A stretch of 64,000 nt of DNA from Tubulanus polymorphus (lineage: Eukaryota > Animalia > Nemertea), in assembly GCF_964204645.1 (NCBI RefSeq), contig NC_134025.1, positions 20,931,101-20,995,100 of the forward strand, in the 5' to 3' direction. The position numbers were made by a program, and so were the translations under genes. Below the pieces are notes generated by a model that saw only the letters and a list, made by a program, of their open reading frames with translations, was not told where the DNA came from and did not search any database. The number at the start of each line of letters is the position of its first letter. The stretch's first letter is position 1. Shown one piece after another: positions 63,864 through 64,000 of this stretch.

Positions 63864-64000
63864 CTTTTCAAGTATATGTTTATACGTTCATAACATTCAA
63901 TTCTTGTTACATCAAACCTTTGACTGCCGGGTGTTTCGTTAGTTTTTAACTAAAATGTATTTATCACTAATTAAAGACTTTTATTGCCAAAATCATTTGT

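Overview
AT-rich, intron-containing animal DNA, most likely from a marine invertebrate. The true Olig gene, FMRFamide-receptor-like GPCR, F-type lectin and LicD gene fit a lophotrochozoan, but the species cannot be fixed from this window. Host genes in order: (1) an intronless peptide-receptor-like GPCR broken by one in-frame TGA, plus a decayed paralog fragment; (2) a 4-exon secreted F-type lectin with a PAN/apple-like tail; (3) an intronless LicD/FKRP-family phosphotransferase; (4) a 4-exon TauD/TfdA dioxygenase of SyrP/DdaC type; (5) an intronless Olig bHLH gene in a gene-poor, motif-rich region; (6) a complete 16-exon LRRC74-like LRR + EF-hand gene. Mobile DNA includes a ~4.6 kb degenerate CR1/L2-group LINE whose ORF1 joins RRM-like/CCHC knuckles to an SGNH esterase fold, a second LINE 3' remnant, two inverted ~700 bp Helitron-like copies bracketing the GPCR and lectin, many MITEs, SINE-like fragments, a hammerhead-like inverted remnant, and long GA and TA microsatellites. 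No CRISPR array, rRNA or intact tRNA was seen. Gene models were assembled by eye from GT-AG sites and reading frame; no database search was run.
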